Shown here: positions 1 through 6,976 of the stretch, one piece after another
How positions within the stretch are numbered: position 1 is the first letter of the stretch
Layout: the number at the start of each line of letters is the position of its first letter
Virus record (IMG/VR): IMGVR_UViG_3300010005_000037
Location: 1-33,177 of that record
Reading direction: 5' to 3' (one strand)
Length of the DNA: 33,177 bases
DNA from: a virus
Lineage: Duplodnaviria > Caudoviricetes
The notes under the pieces: model-generated
Told to the model about the DNA's origin: nothing
The model's database searches: none
The model's input: only the letters and a program-made list of their open reading frames with translations
Made by a program: the position numbers and the translations under genes

Positions 1-969
1 TCACTGGCGCCGCTCGTGCGCCGCCCGGTAATGCGCTTCGCGCCACTTCGCGGGATCGATTTGCGGGATTGCGTCGACCATCCAATCAGGATCGACCACG
101 TTCCCCTTGCCGAACACTATGCGGGTAGCGGCGCCCTTGGCCGGCGGCGAAATCTCCCGAACGATATCCCCCGACGACAAGCGTCTGGCGTTTTCGCGGA
201 GCAACTGCTTCGCGATTTTGTGGCCGGAGCCATCCGGTGCACCCATCGAGCCATACGGCTCATCCTCCGTGAAGCTTGTGTCGCCCTCATCGCCGTTGTG
301 GTCCAACTCGTCGCCGTTCGGCTCGCACTCATCATCACCTTCGCGGTCATCACCGGGCTCATCCTTGGTGCAGCCCATACCGTGGCCGGTCCACCCAAGC
401 TCGGGCTCTCCGTCTTCAACATACCATTGCTTCGGGTCGGTTTCGGTGCGCCGCACTTGGTTGATTTCCTCCGTCAATCCAAGGGATGGTTCGCCGCTCT
501 CTTCGGCGACCATGCCTTCAACGTCGCCGTAGCCGCTTTCCTCGACCTCCGCATTTTCCCCGGCGTCGTCTTCGCCATCAGTACGGGACCCGGCGCCCCA
601 AGCGTCTTGGCCGCGCGACCTGTCATGGTAGAGAACTCCCGACCGGCCCCAAGGACTTTCAAGCGATGCTGGATGCCTTTCGATAGAGCCGAGCGACGGT
701 TCGGCGTCTGCGTTGTCCTCAAGGTCGCAGTCGTCGGCTTCGCGGTCGTCATGGTCCATGTCGGCCCGAAGCGCCGACGGTCCCCGGTCAGGCCACCCCA
801 GCGAGGGTTCGTCATCGCCCGTCGCTTCGATATCGGGATCTGGGCTCATGGCGTCGAGCAGGTCAATCAGCCGCTCGATCGAGGTTGAAATGGCAAGGCG
901 GTCATTCTCCGCCACGGTCAGGAAGATAGCTCCGTCTGCACGGCGCATTTCAGGTTCATGGATAGTCAT
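1..969 (-). CDS. Highly acidic hypothetical protein with EPxLG repeats (322 aa)
   Basis: ATG at 969 with CCAGGACGGA RBS upstream and TGA at 1-3. About a quarter of residues are D/E. Motifs DEPSLGW, AEPSLGS, GEPSLGL, GEPELGW. Confidence 0.85.
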   Translation of the reverse strand: MTIHEPEMRRADGAIFLTVAENDRLAISTSIERLIDLLDAMSPDPDIEATGDDEPSLGWPDRGPSALRADMDHDDREADDCDLEDNADAEPSLGSIERHPASLESPWGRSGVLYHDRSRGQDAWGAGSRTDGEDDAGENAEVEESGYGDVEGMVAEESGEPSLGLTEEINQVRRTETDPKQWYVEDGEPELGWTGHGMGCTKDEPGDDREGDDECEPNGDELDHNGDEGDTSFTEDEPYGSMGAPDGSGHKIAKQLLRENARRLSSGDIVREISPPAKGAATRIVFGKGNVVDPDWMVDAIPQIDPAKWREAHYRAAHERRQ

Positions 970-976
970 GGTTTTT

Positions 977-1010
977 CCGTCCTGGTTTGAAACCGGCTTC
1001 TCACGGCCGG
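977..1010 (-). promoter_or_regulatory. C4 RNA target site a2/b2 overlapping the RBS of the acidic protein gene
   Basis: Minus strand reads CCGGC-CGTGAGAA-GCCGG hairpin (1010-993), then CCAGGACGG (985-977), 7 nt before the ATG. Both parts are complementary to the a' and b' segments of the RNA at 1062-1143. Confidence 0.8.
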
Positions 1011-1061
1011 CGGGATGTGTGCCACGGTGGCATACATTCCTGTCTCGGCGGGCGGCGCCGA

Positions 1062-1143
1062 AGCCGGGAGTTGAGAACCTGCCAGGACGACAGGCCGAAC
1101 GTTTTTAAGGTTGCCCTCTGGACATAGCGTCCGCTCCCGGCCA
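1062..1143 (-). ncRNA. C4-like (P1 C4 / P4 CI type) antisense RNA
   Basis: Outer stem GCCGGGAG/CUCCCGGC. Inner arm CGGACG/CGUUCG capped by AGG-GCAA-CCU. Hairpin GCCUG-UCGUCCUGG-CAGGU carries the b' loop, followed by the a' segment GGUUCUCAA. Complementary a/b sites lie both upstream and downstream. Confidence 0.8.
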
Positions 1144-1251
1144 TATTCGACCGAGTTGGACGCCCGCCAAGGCGCGCCATATGCGCACAGAAACCCGCCA
1201 AGGTTTCCTACGCGTTCAGGTCAACGCCTCGCCAAAGGTGGTCGACCTATA

Positions 1252-1275
1252 GTCCTAGTCCGGGTTCTCAAGCCC
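1252..1275 (-). promoter_or_regulatory. C4 RNA target site a1/b1 in the 5' leader
   Basis: Minus strand GGG-CTTGAGAA-CCC hairpin; TTGAGAACC is a perfect 9-nt complement of a'. Followed by CTAGGAC, which pairs with b' GUCCUGG with one G-U. Confidence 0.78.
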
Positions 1276-1281
1276 ACGGAC

Positions 1282-1310
1282 ACGATGCCTTTATTCGGTT
1301 AAAAATTCAA
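1282..1310 (-). promoter_or_regulatory. Putative sigma70 promoter of the C4 RNA / acidic protein transcript
   Basis: cTTGAAT-17 nt-CATCGT. The -10 is weak, but the predicted start falls at the a1 hairpin. Confidence 0.45.
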
Positions 1311-1368
1311 GCATGCCCTTTCGGGGGCGTAGCTTTGCCCGCGCTCAAGCGGTGGCGCCTGAACCCCC

Positions 1369-1396
1369 TTGCCTGATTCGGCCGTTGTGGTAGCCT
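1369..1396 (+). promoter_or_regulatory. Putative sigma70 promoter of the HNH gene
   Basis: cTTGCCT-16 nt-TAGCCT with extended -10 TG. Predicted start ~1403, at the a3 hairpin. Confidence 0.55.
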
Positions 1397-1403
1397 GTGG
1401 ATA

Positions 1404-1427
1404 GGCCGTGAGAAGCCCAAACAGGAC
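1404..1427 (+). promoter_or_regulatory. Third C4 target site (a3/b3) over the HNH gene RBS
   Basis: GGCCGTGAGAAGCC (1404-1417) is identical to the 14-nt core of a2. It is followed by CAAA-CAGGAC (b site 1422-1427), 8 nt before ATG 1436. Confidence 0.75.
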
Positions 1428-1435
1428 TACCCAAG

Positions 1436-1831
1436 ATGATACCCGCGACCGTTCGCAACCGCATGTCGGCCAAGCGCCGGCACCATATCTTTTCTGAAAA
1501 TTGCACCGGCCACAACGTCGCGCCGTGCTGCCTGTGTGGCCAGCCGATCCATCGGCACAACGATCAATGGATCATTGAACACAAGCGCGCGCTCGGGTTG
1601 CTCGGCCCGGACCTCAACACCAACTGTGCGCCAGCTCATGAGACGTGCCGCAGGCTCAAGGACAAGCGCGACCTTGCTATGATTGCGAAGGCGAAGCGGC
1701 AGTCCGAGGCGGGCGCGAAAAAGGAAAAGCCGGCTCGAGGTTTTCAAACCCCGGCCGGCGTGGCGTTCGACTGGCGCTTGCGGCGCTATGTGCGGGTCAG
1801 CGCTTCTGCCGACGTTCAGCTTCCATCGTAG
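1436..1831 (+). CDS. HNH endonuclease
   Basis: CxxC (CLC-G), WIIEH, G.D.NTN, AHETC..K pattern. Basic C-terminal tail. AGGA RBS. Confidence 0.8.
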   Translation: MIPATVRNRMSAKRRHHIFSENCTGHNVAPCCLCGQPIHRHNDQWIIEHKRALGLLGPDLNTNCAPAHETCRRLKDKRDLAMIAKAKRQSEAGAKKEKPARGFQTPAGVAFDWRLRRYVRVSASADVQLPS

Positions 1832-2177
1832 CGTTCATGGCAGCTTGCCCTGCCACCAGCGACGAGATGGCGGACTGCATGGCGTCCAGGCGCCTTATCG
1901 TGTCATCCTGAAATTTCTCCCGGTCTGCCCTGCCCCGAACGCTGTTCGTTTCCAGCGTCAAGACACGGTCCTTTAGAGCCGGGATCTGCAAGCTGACTTC
2001 CTGCACCTGGGCGGCAACAATGGCGGTGGCGGATGCCTGCTCAACAAACCGGGTGTCGAGCCAGTTCATGGCAAGCCACCCGAGCATCCCCAAGACCGGC
2101 GTGGCGCCGATCATGGAAAGCCGGGCGATCAGTCGAAGGCCGACACTGTCAGCCAGCTTTTCCATATTGTCGGTCAT
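1797..2177 (-). CDS. Single-pass membrane protein with coiled-coil C-terminus at the end of the lysis cassette (holin-like candidate)
   Basis: Start reassigned to ATG 2177 (GAAGGA RBS). Hydrophobic segment LSMIGATPVLGMLGWLAMNWL, then a heptad-rich tail. Confidence 0.6.
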   Translation of the reverse strand: MTDNMEKLADSVGLRLIARLSMIGATPVLGMLGWLAMNWLDTRFVEQASATAIVAAQVQEVSLQIPALKDRVLTLETNSVRGRADREKFQDDTIRRLDAMQSAISSLVAGQAAMNATMEAERRQKR

Positions 2178-2200
2178 GGGCTGCTGTCCTTCAGGCACGG

Positions 2201-2467
2201 CTATTGCAGTTCTGTTCGGCGCGATGCGCTGGCCGTTGTGTGTCGGTCGCACTCCTCCGCCGTGTACAGCTTCAACGCGCAGCCAGGCGCCATTGTTCGA
2301 TCGATCTTGTTCTGATCCTCGACCGTCTTGCCCTTTGCTCCGGCGAGGCTGTTACCGAGGGCCGAGCGTAGCGCTGGTGCACCGCTGACGTCCGAAGTCG
2401 TACACGCCGCCAGCGTCAATGCACTCGTCAAGAGACATGCGAGCGTCGATGCCCTTTTGAATCGCAT
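2201..2467 (-). CDS. o-spanin (Rz1-like lipoprotein)
   Basis: Start at ATG 2467. Signal peptide MRFKRASTLACLLTSALTLAA-C with lipobox. Overlaps the i-spanin in another frame. Confidence 0.8.
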   Translation of the reverse strand: MRFKRASTLACLLTSALTLAACTTSDVSGAPALRSALGNSLAGAKGKTVEDQNKIDRTMAPGCALKLYTAEECDRHTTASASRRTELQ

Positions 2468-2645
2468 TCTGATTTCCCTTCTCGATCTTAGCGCGGACCT
2501 CGTCGGCGCCTTTGTGCTTGATGAATTCGTAGACCCCGAGCACGGCGCCCGAGGCGACAAGGGCGATGGCCGCCCAGCCGATGACGCCGCCGACCAGGCG
2601 CGAGACGCCAAGCCGGTCGGCAAGGAAGGTGATGAGCAAGCTCAT
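2352..2645 (-). CDS. i-spanin (Rz-like)
   Basis: N-terminal TM helix and helical periplasmic part with two Cys. Directly after the endolysin and overlapping the lipoprotein gene. Confidence 0.75.
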   Translation of the reverse strand: MSLLITFLADRLGVSRLVGGVIGWAAIALVASGAVLGVYEFIKHKGADEVRAKIEKGNQNAIQKGIDARMSLDECIDAGGVYDFGRQRCTSATLGPR

Positions 2646-3493
2646 GCCGGAGCCGTGCCGAGGGCCGCGGCAAGCCGCTTGGCCTTGCGGTTGGCGTACC
2701 AGCGGTAGCCGGCGCCGCCGAGCAGCAGCACGGCACTGAGGACGGCCAGGGCCATCACGACCTTCATGATGAACTCGCTGCCGTAGGACATCGGCGAAAG
2801 CTGGTTCTGGAGATCCTGCAGCGTGCCGGCGATGCCGCCGCTGCCGATGCCGGCGCCGATCGCCGCGTCGGCCGGCGCGGTCGAGGGTGGCGCCTCAGCG
2901 TCCTCGACAAAAGCCTTCGCCTGACCGCCGTCGTAGAAGCTGGCGGCTTGCGGCACCTGACCAGTCGCCCATGCCTGACCGATCGATCGGACTTCAGTGA
3001 CACGCGCCGACCAGCCACGGCCAAAGGTGGCGAAGGTGCTGAGGCGCTTCAGGAAGGCCATGCGCGCGTTGCAGATGCGATCGATCAGCGCGTCGTTGTT
3101 CTTGTCGGCCTTGAGCGCCGCCAGCGTGCCGACGCCCATAACGCCGTCAATTCGCCCGGTGTAGGCAGGCCGTAGCGCCTGCTGAAGCCACATGATCGAG
3201 CGGCCGGGGCCGGAGTTCACCGCGCCGTCGAACAGAACGTAGTCGACGCCGGCCGGCAGCAGATCGCCCTTTACAGCATCCCAATACTGCCTGTCATAGA
3301 TTTCGTTCAGTTCATCCGTGGTGATGCCCTTCACCGAGCGCACCGCAAGGCCTTTGCCCTTCCGATAGCCGTCATAGACGCGCTGGGTGACGCCCTTCAT
3401 GGTGGCGCCACCTGGGTCGGCAGGATGGTTCGAATAACCGCCCTCATGCGCGAGCACGCGGGCAAGCGATTCCTTTTCACGAGAGACAGCCAT
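2642..3493 (-). CDS. Endolysin, glycoside hydrolase family 108 with peptidoglycan-binding domain and hydrophobic C-terminal extension
   Basis: HEGGYSNHPADPGGAT, YWD, FDGAVNSG, DGVMGVGT and FGRGW motifs. Confidence 0.93.
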   Translation of the reverse strand: MAVSREKESLARVLAHEGGYSNHPADPGGATMKGVTQRVYDGYRKGKGLAVRSVKGITTDELNEIYDRQYWDAVKGDLLPAGVDYVLFDGAVNSGPGRSIMWLQQALRPAYTGRIDGVMGVGTLAALKADKNNDALIDRICNARMAFLKRLSTFATFGRGWSARVTEVRSIGQAWATGQVPQAASFYDGGQAKAFVEDAEAPPSTAPADAAIGAGIGSGGIAGTLQDLQNQLSPMSYGSEFIMKVVMALAVLSAVLLLGGAGYRWYANRKAKRLAAALGTAPA

Positions 3494-3587
3494 GCGAAAT
3501 CCTTTCCGCCTATCGGCAGATTGTGTGAGTTTGGGTTTTGGGGTAGTTGGAGAGCGGCCCGCTTGCGGGGCCGGAGCCTAAGCCGCG

Positions 3588-3818
3588 ATGATCACAAGGC
3601 TAGTAGAACGTGGGTTTGCGATATGCGGCAGTCTTGCCGGTATCTTCCTATCGCTCGCGCTGCTGCATGGTTTGCATGACACCTGGCACCCGGAACTGTT
3701 CCAGTTCGTGGTTCTGAAATGGTTCAGCTTCGGCATCTTCATGCTCATCGCAATCTTCTCGCTGATCACGATAATCGAGGCCGCGTTCGGCACCCGGTGG
3801 TTCGGCCCTCTGAAATAG
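3588..3818 (+). CDS. Small two-TM membrane protein, antisense to the late operon (moron)
   Basis: GGAG RBS and two hydrophobic stretches. Fills the gap between tail and lysis genes; its stop abuts the stop of the convergent gene at 3819. Confidence 0.6.
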   Translation: MITRLVERGFAICGSLAGIFLSLALLHGLHDTWHPELFQFVVLKWFSFGIFMLIAIFSLITIIEAAFGTRWFGPLK

Positions 3819-4370
3819 TTATTCGGCCGCAAGCACCGCGGCCGGGTCGAGTTCGAGGGCCGTGACGAACGCCATGGCGTCGGGATCGTCGCAATAGACC
3901 GAGGGATGATCGGGCGCGAACCAGCGCGCGAAAAACTTCGGTTGCGCTGTCAGCATGGCATAGGCCTGATCCATCTTGTCGAGGTCGATCAGGCGTTGCA
4001 TCACCGTCGATTTGGCGACCATAGCGCGCGGCGGGTCGACAGGGGGCGGCGCGTCCTCATAGGTGTTGACGTAGGTTGGAACGCCGTCGATCAACCAGAC
4101 CTGCGTATCGACGATCACCTTGCCGACCGGGCCCGGCACAGCGTCGGCAATCGTCATCAACTTATAGCCATGTCCCTGCCATCCATCGACGGCGGGACTG
4201 GTGTATGCCACTTCCGTCCGCTCCTCGGTGCTATCGATCCATGTTGGGTTCCCGTCATTGTCGGGTGGCCCTTCGACCGAGACAGTCGTGCGGATTGTGA
4301 CCTCACAGGTGAAACCGCCTCCTTCGGCGACCACATCTTTGACAGCCCCGTTTTTGATGAGTGCAAGCAT
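3819..4370 (-). CDS. Hypothetical tail-fibre-associated (assembly/chaperone-like) protein
   Basis: AGGAG RBS; position downstream of the fibre genes. Function inferred from synteny only. Confidence 0.55.
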   Translation of the reverse strand: MLALIKNGAVKDVVAEGGGFTCEVTIRTTVSVEGPPDNDGNPTWIDSTEERTEVAYTSPAVDGWQGHGYKLMTIADAVPGPVGKVIVDTQVWLIDGVPTYVNTYEDAPPPVDPPRAMVAKSTVMQRLIDLDKMDQAYAMLTAQPKFFARWFAPDHPSVYCDDPDAMAFVTALELDPAAVLAAE

Positions 4371-4372
4371 TT

Positions 4373-5068
4373 TTATCTCCTGACAGATGGTGCGGTTTTG
4401 CCGTTGAGGGCAACTGAGTAGAAATCAACTTCCATGTCTGGATTTGAACTGGAGTCGTGGAGACCAACCCAGCCACCAGCACTGATGGCCGAGTTCGTTG
4501 CGGTGCTGTCCCATGAGCCTGGCTCGGAGTTGACAGCAAGCCAAGCCTTCACGGAGAAGCTGTTCCCGATTGCCCGGGCTCTTATCCAGTACCAAGCGTT
4601 GGTTGTCAGCGTTCCGCCTGCTGGGGATACTTGTGTCGTGAACGATGTAGCTGTGCCCGATACAAAGGAAAACATCTGATCGTAGTAGAGCGAGCTGGTG
4701 GTTATTATGCCTGTGGTGAAGCGATATCCTGTCTCAGTACCCGCGCCACCAGCTCCTCTGACCCAGGGGCACATCAAGATCTGGCCGTTCGAACCGGCCT
4801 CGATCATTCTTGTGCGGACAAGAATCTCGGCATCCGGGCTGGGTGGTACTTTGTCCCAAGATAGCCCATGGCGAGTTGCGACGGTCTTCGTCCAGCGAAG
4901 GGCCTTACCACTGAGCGACCCAGCGACAGACTGCACGGCGACCGAGAAGTCGCCAGCAACCTGGCGCGATGTCCAGTCCGGGGGAGCCGCCCCCACTGTG
5001 TATTCAGAGAAATCCGTGACGTAATAGTCTGGGTCCCTCTGAATGTATCCTGGCATGATGAGGCTCAC
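4373..5068 (-). CDS. Putative receptor-binding / fibre-tip beta-sandwich protein
   Basis: Overlaps the fibre stop (GTGA). Beta-rich, Trp/Ser/Thr/Gly-rich (WYWIRARAIG..SVKAW, GWVGL). Lower GC than the flanks. Confidence 0.55.
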   Translation of the reverse strand: MSLIMPGYIQRDPDYYVTDFSEYTVGAAPPDWTSRQVAGDFSVAVQSVAGSLSGKALRWTKTVATRHGLSWDKVPPSPDAEILVRTRMIEAGSNGQILMCPWVRGAGGAGTETGYRFTTGIITTSSLYYDQMFSFVSGTATSFTTQVSPAGGTLTTNAWYWIRARAIGNSFSVKAWLAVNSEPGSWDSTATNSAISAGGWVGLHDSSSNPDMEVDFYSVALNGKTAPSVRR

Positions 5069-6972
5069 TGGAGGGCCTCCAGAACAGCGGTTACACCCGC
5101 AGCAGTCTTGGATATGTGGAGTTTGAACTTGGCGGCGCTGGTGGTGACGTAGGCATCCCCTTTGGGGAAGCCGGAGACAAACCCCGACCAGGTGATAGCC
5201 CCAGCCGAGGCACCGTTGGTGATGTCGATCTCCATATTGTAGGCGCCGGCAAGGGATGGCGCCGCGAAGGTCAGAGCCCCATTGAAAGTGACGGTGCGAA
5301 AGTTGCCGGTGGTCGGGTTCGGAGTGTAGGTCCCCGAGGCCACGGTTCCATCGGACACACCCGCAGAGACCACACCGGCGATAGTCGAAAGACCGGTGTA
5401 AGTCTGAGCCCCCGACCAGGTGAAAGCCCCGGTGTATGTGCCCGACGCGAGCCCTTCATGCAGGATGGCGTAGGCATTGGCGCCATGTGACCACCCGCCG
5501 AACTTCCATTTGTTGTCCGTGTCGATGCCGAAGTTGCCGGCGAATGCGCCGTTGCGGTTGAACGACATGAACGCCGCATTGCCGACCCCGGCGAGTGAGT
5601 TGATCATCAGCCCAGGCGTTCCAGCCGCTGGACCGCCGGAAACCCCTATAGCTTGGCCCGCCGCCGTGGTGACCGATTGCCCGCCCACAGAGAACGAGTT
5701 GGCCGTGTTGAGCTTCGCGACGTTGGATGCTGCAACGCCGCTGTCCTGCAAAAGCTTGCCAGTCGTGCCGTTGAATGAAGCCAGATTGCCCGAGACCGAG
5801 GAGGCGGGGCCACTGGCGTCACCGGTTCCCAACCCGTCTGTGCCCTTGTCGCCGGTCCGATCGAACATCAACCAGCAGGCCATGCCATTCGTAATCGATC
5901 CCGACCCACTGACGTAAGCAAGCGTCAGTTTTCGATAGCCCGTCCCATCGACCACAGAACCGGTCACGTTGAACACATACTTGACCGCGGCCGAGGTCTT
6001 CGACCGGATCGTCAGCTTCCCCTTGATGGTGTTCGTGCTGTCATCGAACGTGTCGAGAAAGCCCGTTTGGCTGACAGCGTCGCTATCCTGATTGTCGATA
6101 TAGGCGGCAGTCGCCGAAGCGATGGTCGCGTTGTTCAGCCGGAATGTGCCGTTGCCAGGATCAGCATCGGTCGTGGTCGTGGAAAAGGTGTACGGAACCG
6201 CCGCCACGGTATTGGCCGCCGCCGTTGCCGACGCCGCAGCAGCCGTTGCAGAGTTGCCGGCGTTGGTCGCCTGGGTCGATGCCGTGGTGGCAGAGCCCGA
6301 TGCAGCCGTGGCAGACCCGGAAGCCGCCGTCGCCGATCCGGCAGCGGCGGTAGCGGAGTTGCCCGCATTCGTCTCGGACGTGGCCGCGTTATTCTTCGAC
6401 GTGTTCGCCGCCGTGGCACTGTTGGCCGCATTCGTGGCGCTGGTCGCAGCGTTGCTTTCCGATGTCGCGGCATTGTTCTTTGAGGTATTGGCCGCCGTTG
6501 CAGAGTTGGCAGCATTGGTTGCGCTGGTGGAGGCAGCAGTCGCTGAACCAGCAGCAGCCGTCGCGCTTGCAGCAGCAGCCACAGCAGATGCGCCGGCATT
6601 GCTCGACAGGGTTTCCGTGAAGGCAAGGCTTGTAGTGCCAACAGTGATCGGGTTCGCGGTCGAGACGTAATACTCCCTGCCCGCGTTTGCCGTCCCCTCG
6701 ATGACCGTCAGGCGCGTGCCCCGGGTCAGATCACGGTTGCTGTCCATATCGCGGGCGCGCTGCCACGCGCCGGCCGAGGCGATATAGATGCCGTTTTGCA
6801 GGCCGGCGCTTTGGTTCTTCACCAAGACCCGGTCATCGGTCGCCGTCATGCTGCCGTCGATCGTCTGCAACCCGCTCAACGTGATGTTGGCGGTGGTCGC
6901 TAGGCGGCAAGGCGCCTTGTATGCTACCGTTTCGCCATAGCCAGTGATTTGATCAACCGAAGTGGTCGCCAT
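5065..6972 (-). CDS. Tail fibre protein (635 aa)
   Basis: N-terminal ATTANITLSGLQTIDG...DRVLVKNQ...NGIY anchor-type domain, Ala/Ser/Thr heptad stalk and Gly-rich C-terminal region. Located after the ejection proteins. Confidence 0.85.
   Translation of the reverse strand: MATTSVDQITGYGETVAYKAPCRLATTANITLSGLQTIDGSMTATDDRVLVKNQSAGLQNGIYIASAGAWQRARDMDSNRDLTRGTRLTVIEGTANAGREYYVSTANPITVGTTSLAFTETLSSNAGASAVAAAASATAAAGSATAASTSATNAANSATAANTSKNNAATSESNAATSATNAANSATAANTSKNNAATSETNAGNSATAAAGSATAASGSATAASGSATTASTQATNAGNSATAAAASATAAANTVAAVPYTFSTTTTDADPGNGTFRLNNATIASATAAYIDNQDSDAVSQTGFLDTFDDSTNTIKGKLTIRSKTSAAVKYVFNVTGSVVDGTGYRKLTLAYVSGSGSITNGMACWLMFDRTGDKGTDGLGTGDASGPASSVSGNLASFNGTTGKLLQDSGVAASNVAKLNTANSFSVGGQSVTTAAGQAIGVSGGPAAGTPGLMINSLAGVGNAAFMSFNRNGAFAGNFGIDTDNKWKFGGWSHGANAYAILHEGLASGTYTGAFTWSGAQTYTGLSTIAGVVSAGVSDGTVASGTYTPNPTTGNFRTVTFNGALTFAAPSLAGAYNMEIDITNGASAGAITWSGFVSGFPKGDAYVTTSAAKFKLHISKTAAGVTAVLEALQ
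6215..6600 (-). repeat. 7-residue-period Ala/Ser/Thr/Asn repeat in the tail fibre, including a tandem 28-codon duplication (6528-6445 and 6444-6361)
   Basis: TSATNAANSATAANTSKNNAATSE(S/T)NA(A/G) occurs twice, with SATAA-type heptads around it. Confidence 0.85.
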
Positions 6973-6976
6973 CGTT

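Noticed and set aside
16-888. Long antisense ORFs (e.g. 16-888, 9223-10272, 12555-13625, 13734-14759, 20146-21042)
   Set aside because: Shadow ORFs of high-GC coding strands; no motifs or RBSs, and fully overlapping well-supported genes.
1001-1201. 66-aa minus-strand ORF running through the C4-like RNA (ash-like)
   Set aside because: No clear RBS, and the sequence is explained by RNA structure. A translated leader peptide cannot be excluded, but there is no support for one.
1313-1330. Hairpin ATGCCCT-TTCG-GGGGCGT between the divergent promoters as a terminator
   Set aside because: No immediately adjacent U-tract on either strand; role unclear.
3819-6972. Diversity-generating retroelement or invertible tail-fibre cassette, as in some related podoviruses
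   Set aside because: No reverse transcriptase, no TR/VR repeat pair, no invertase or flanking inverted repeats seen.
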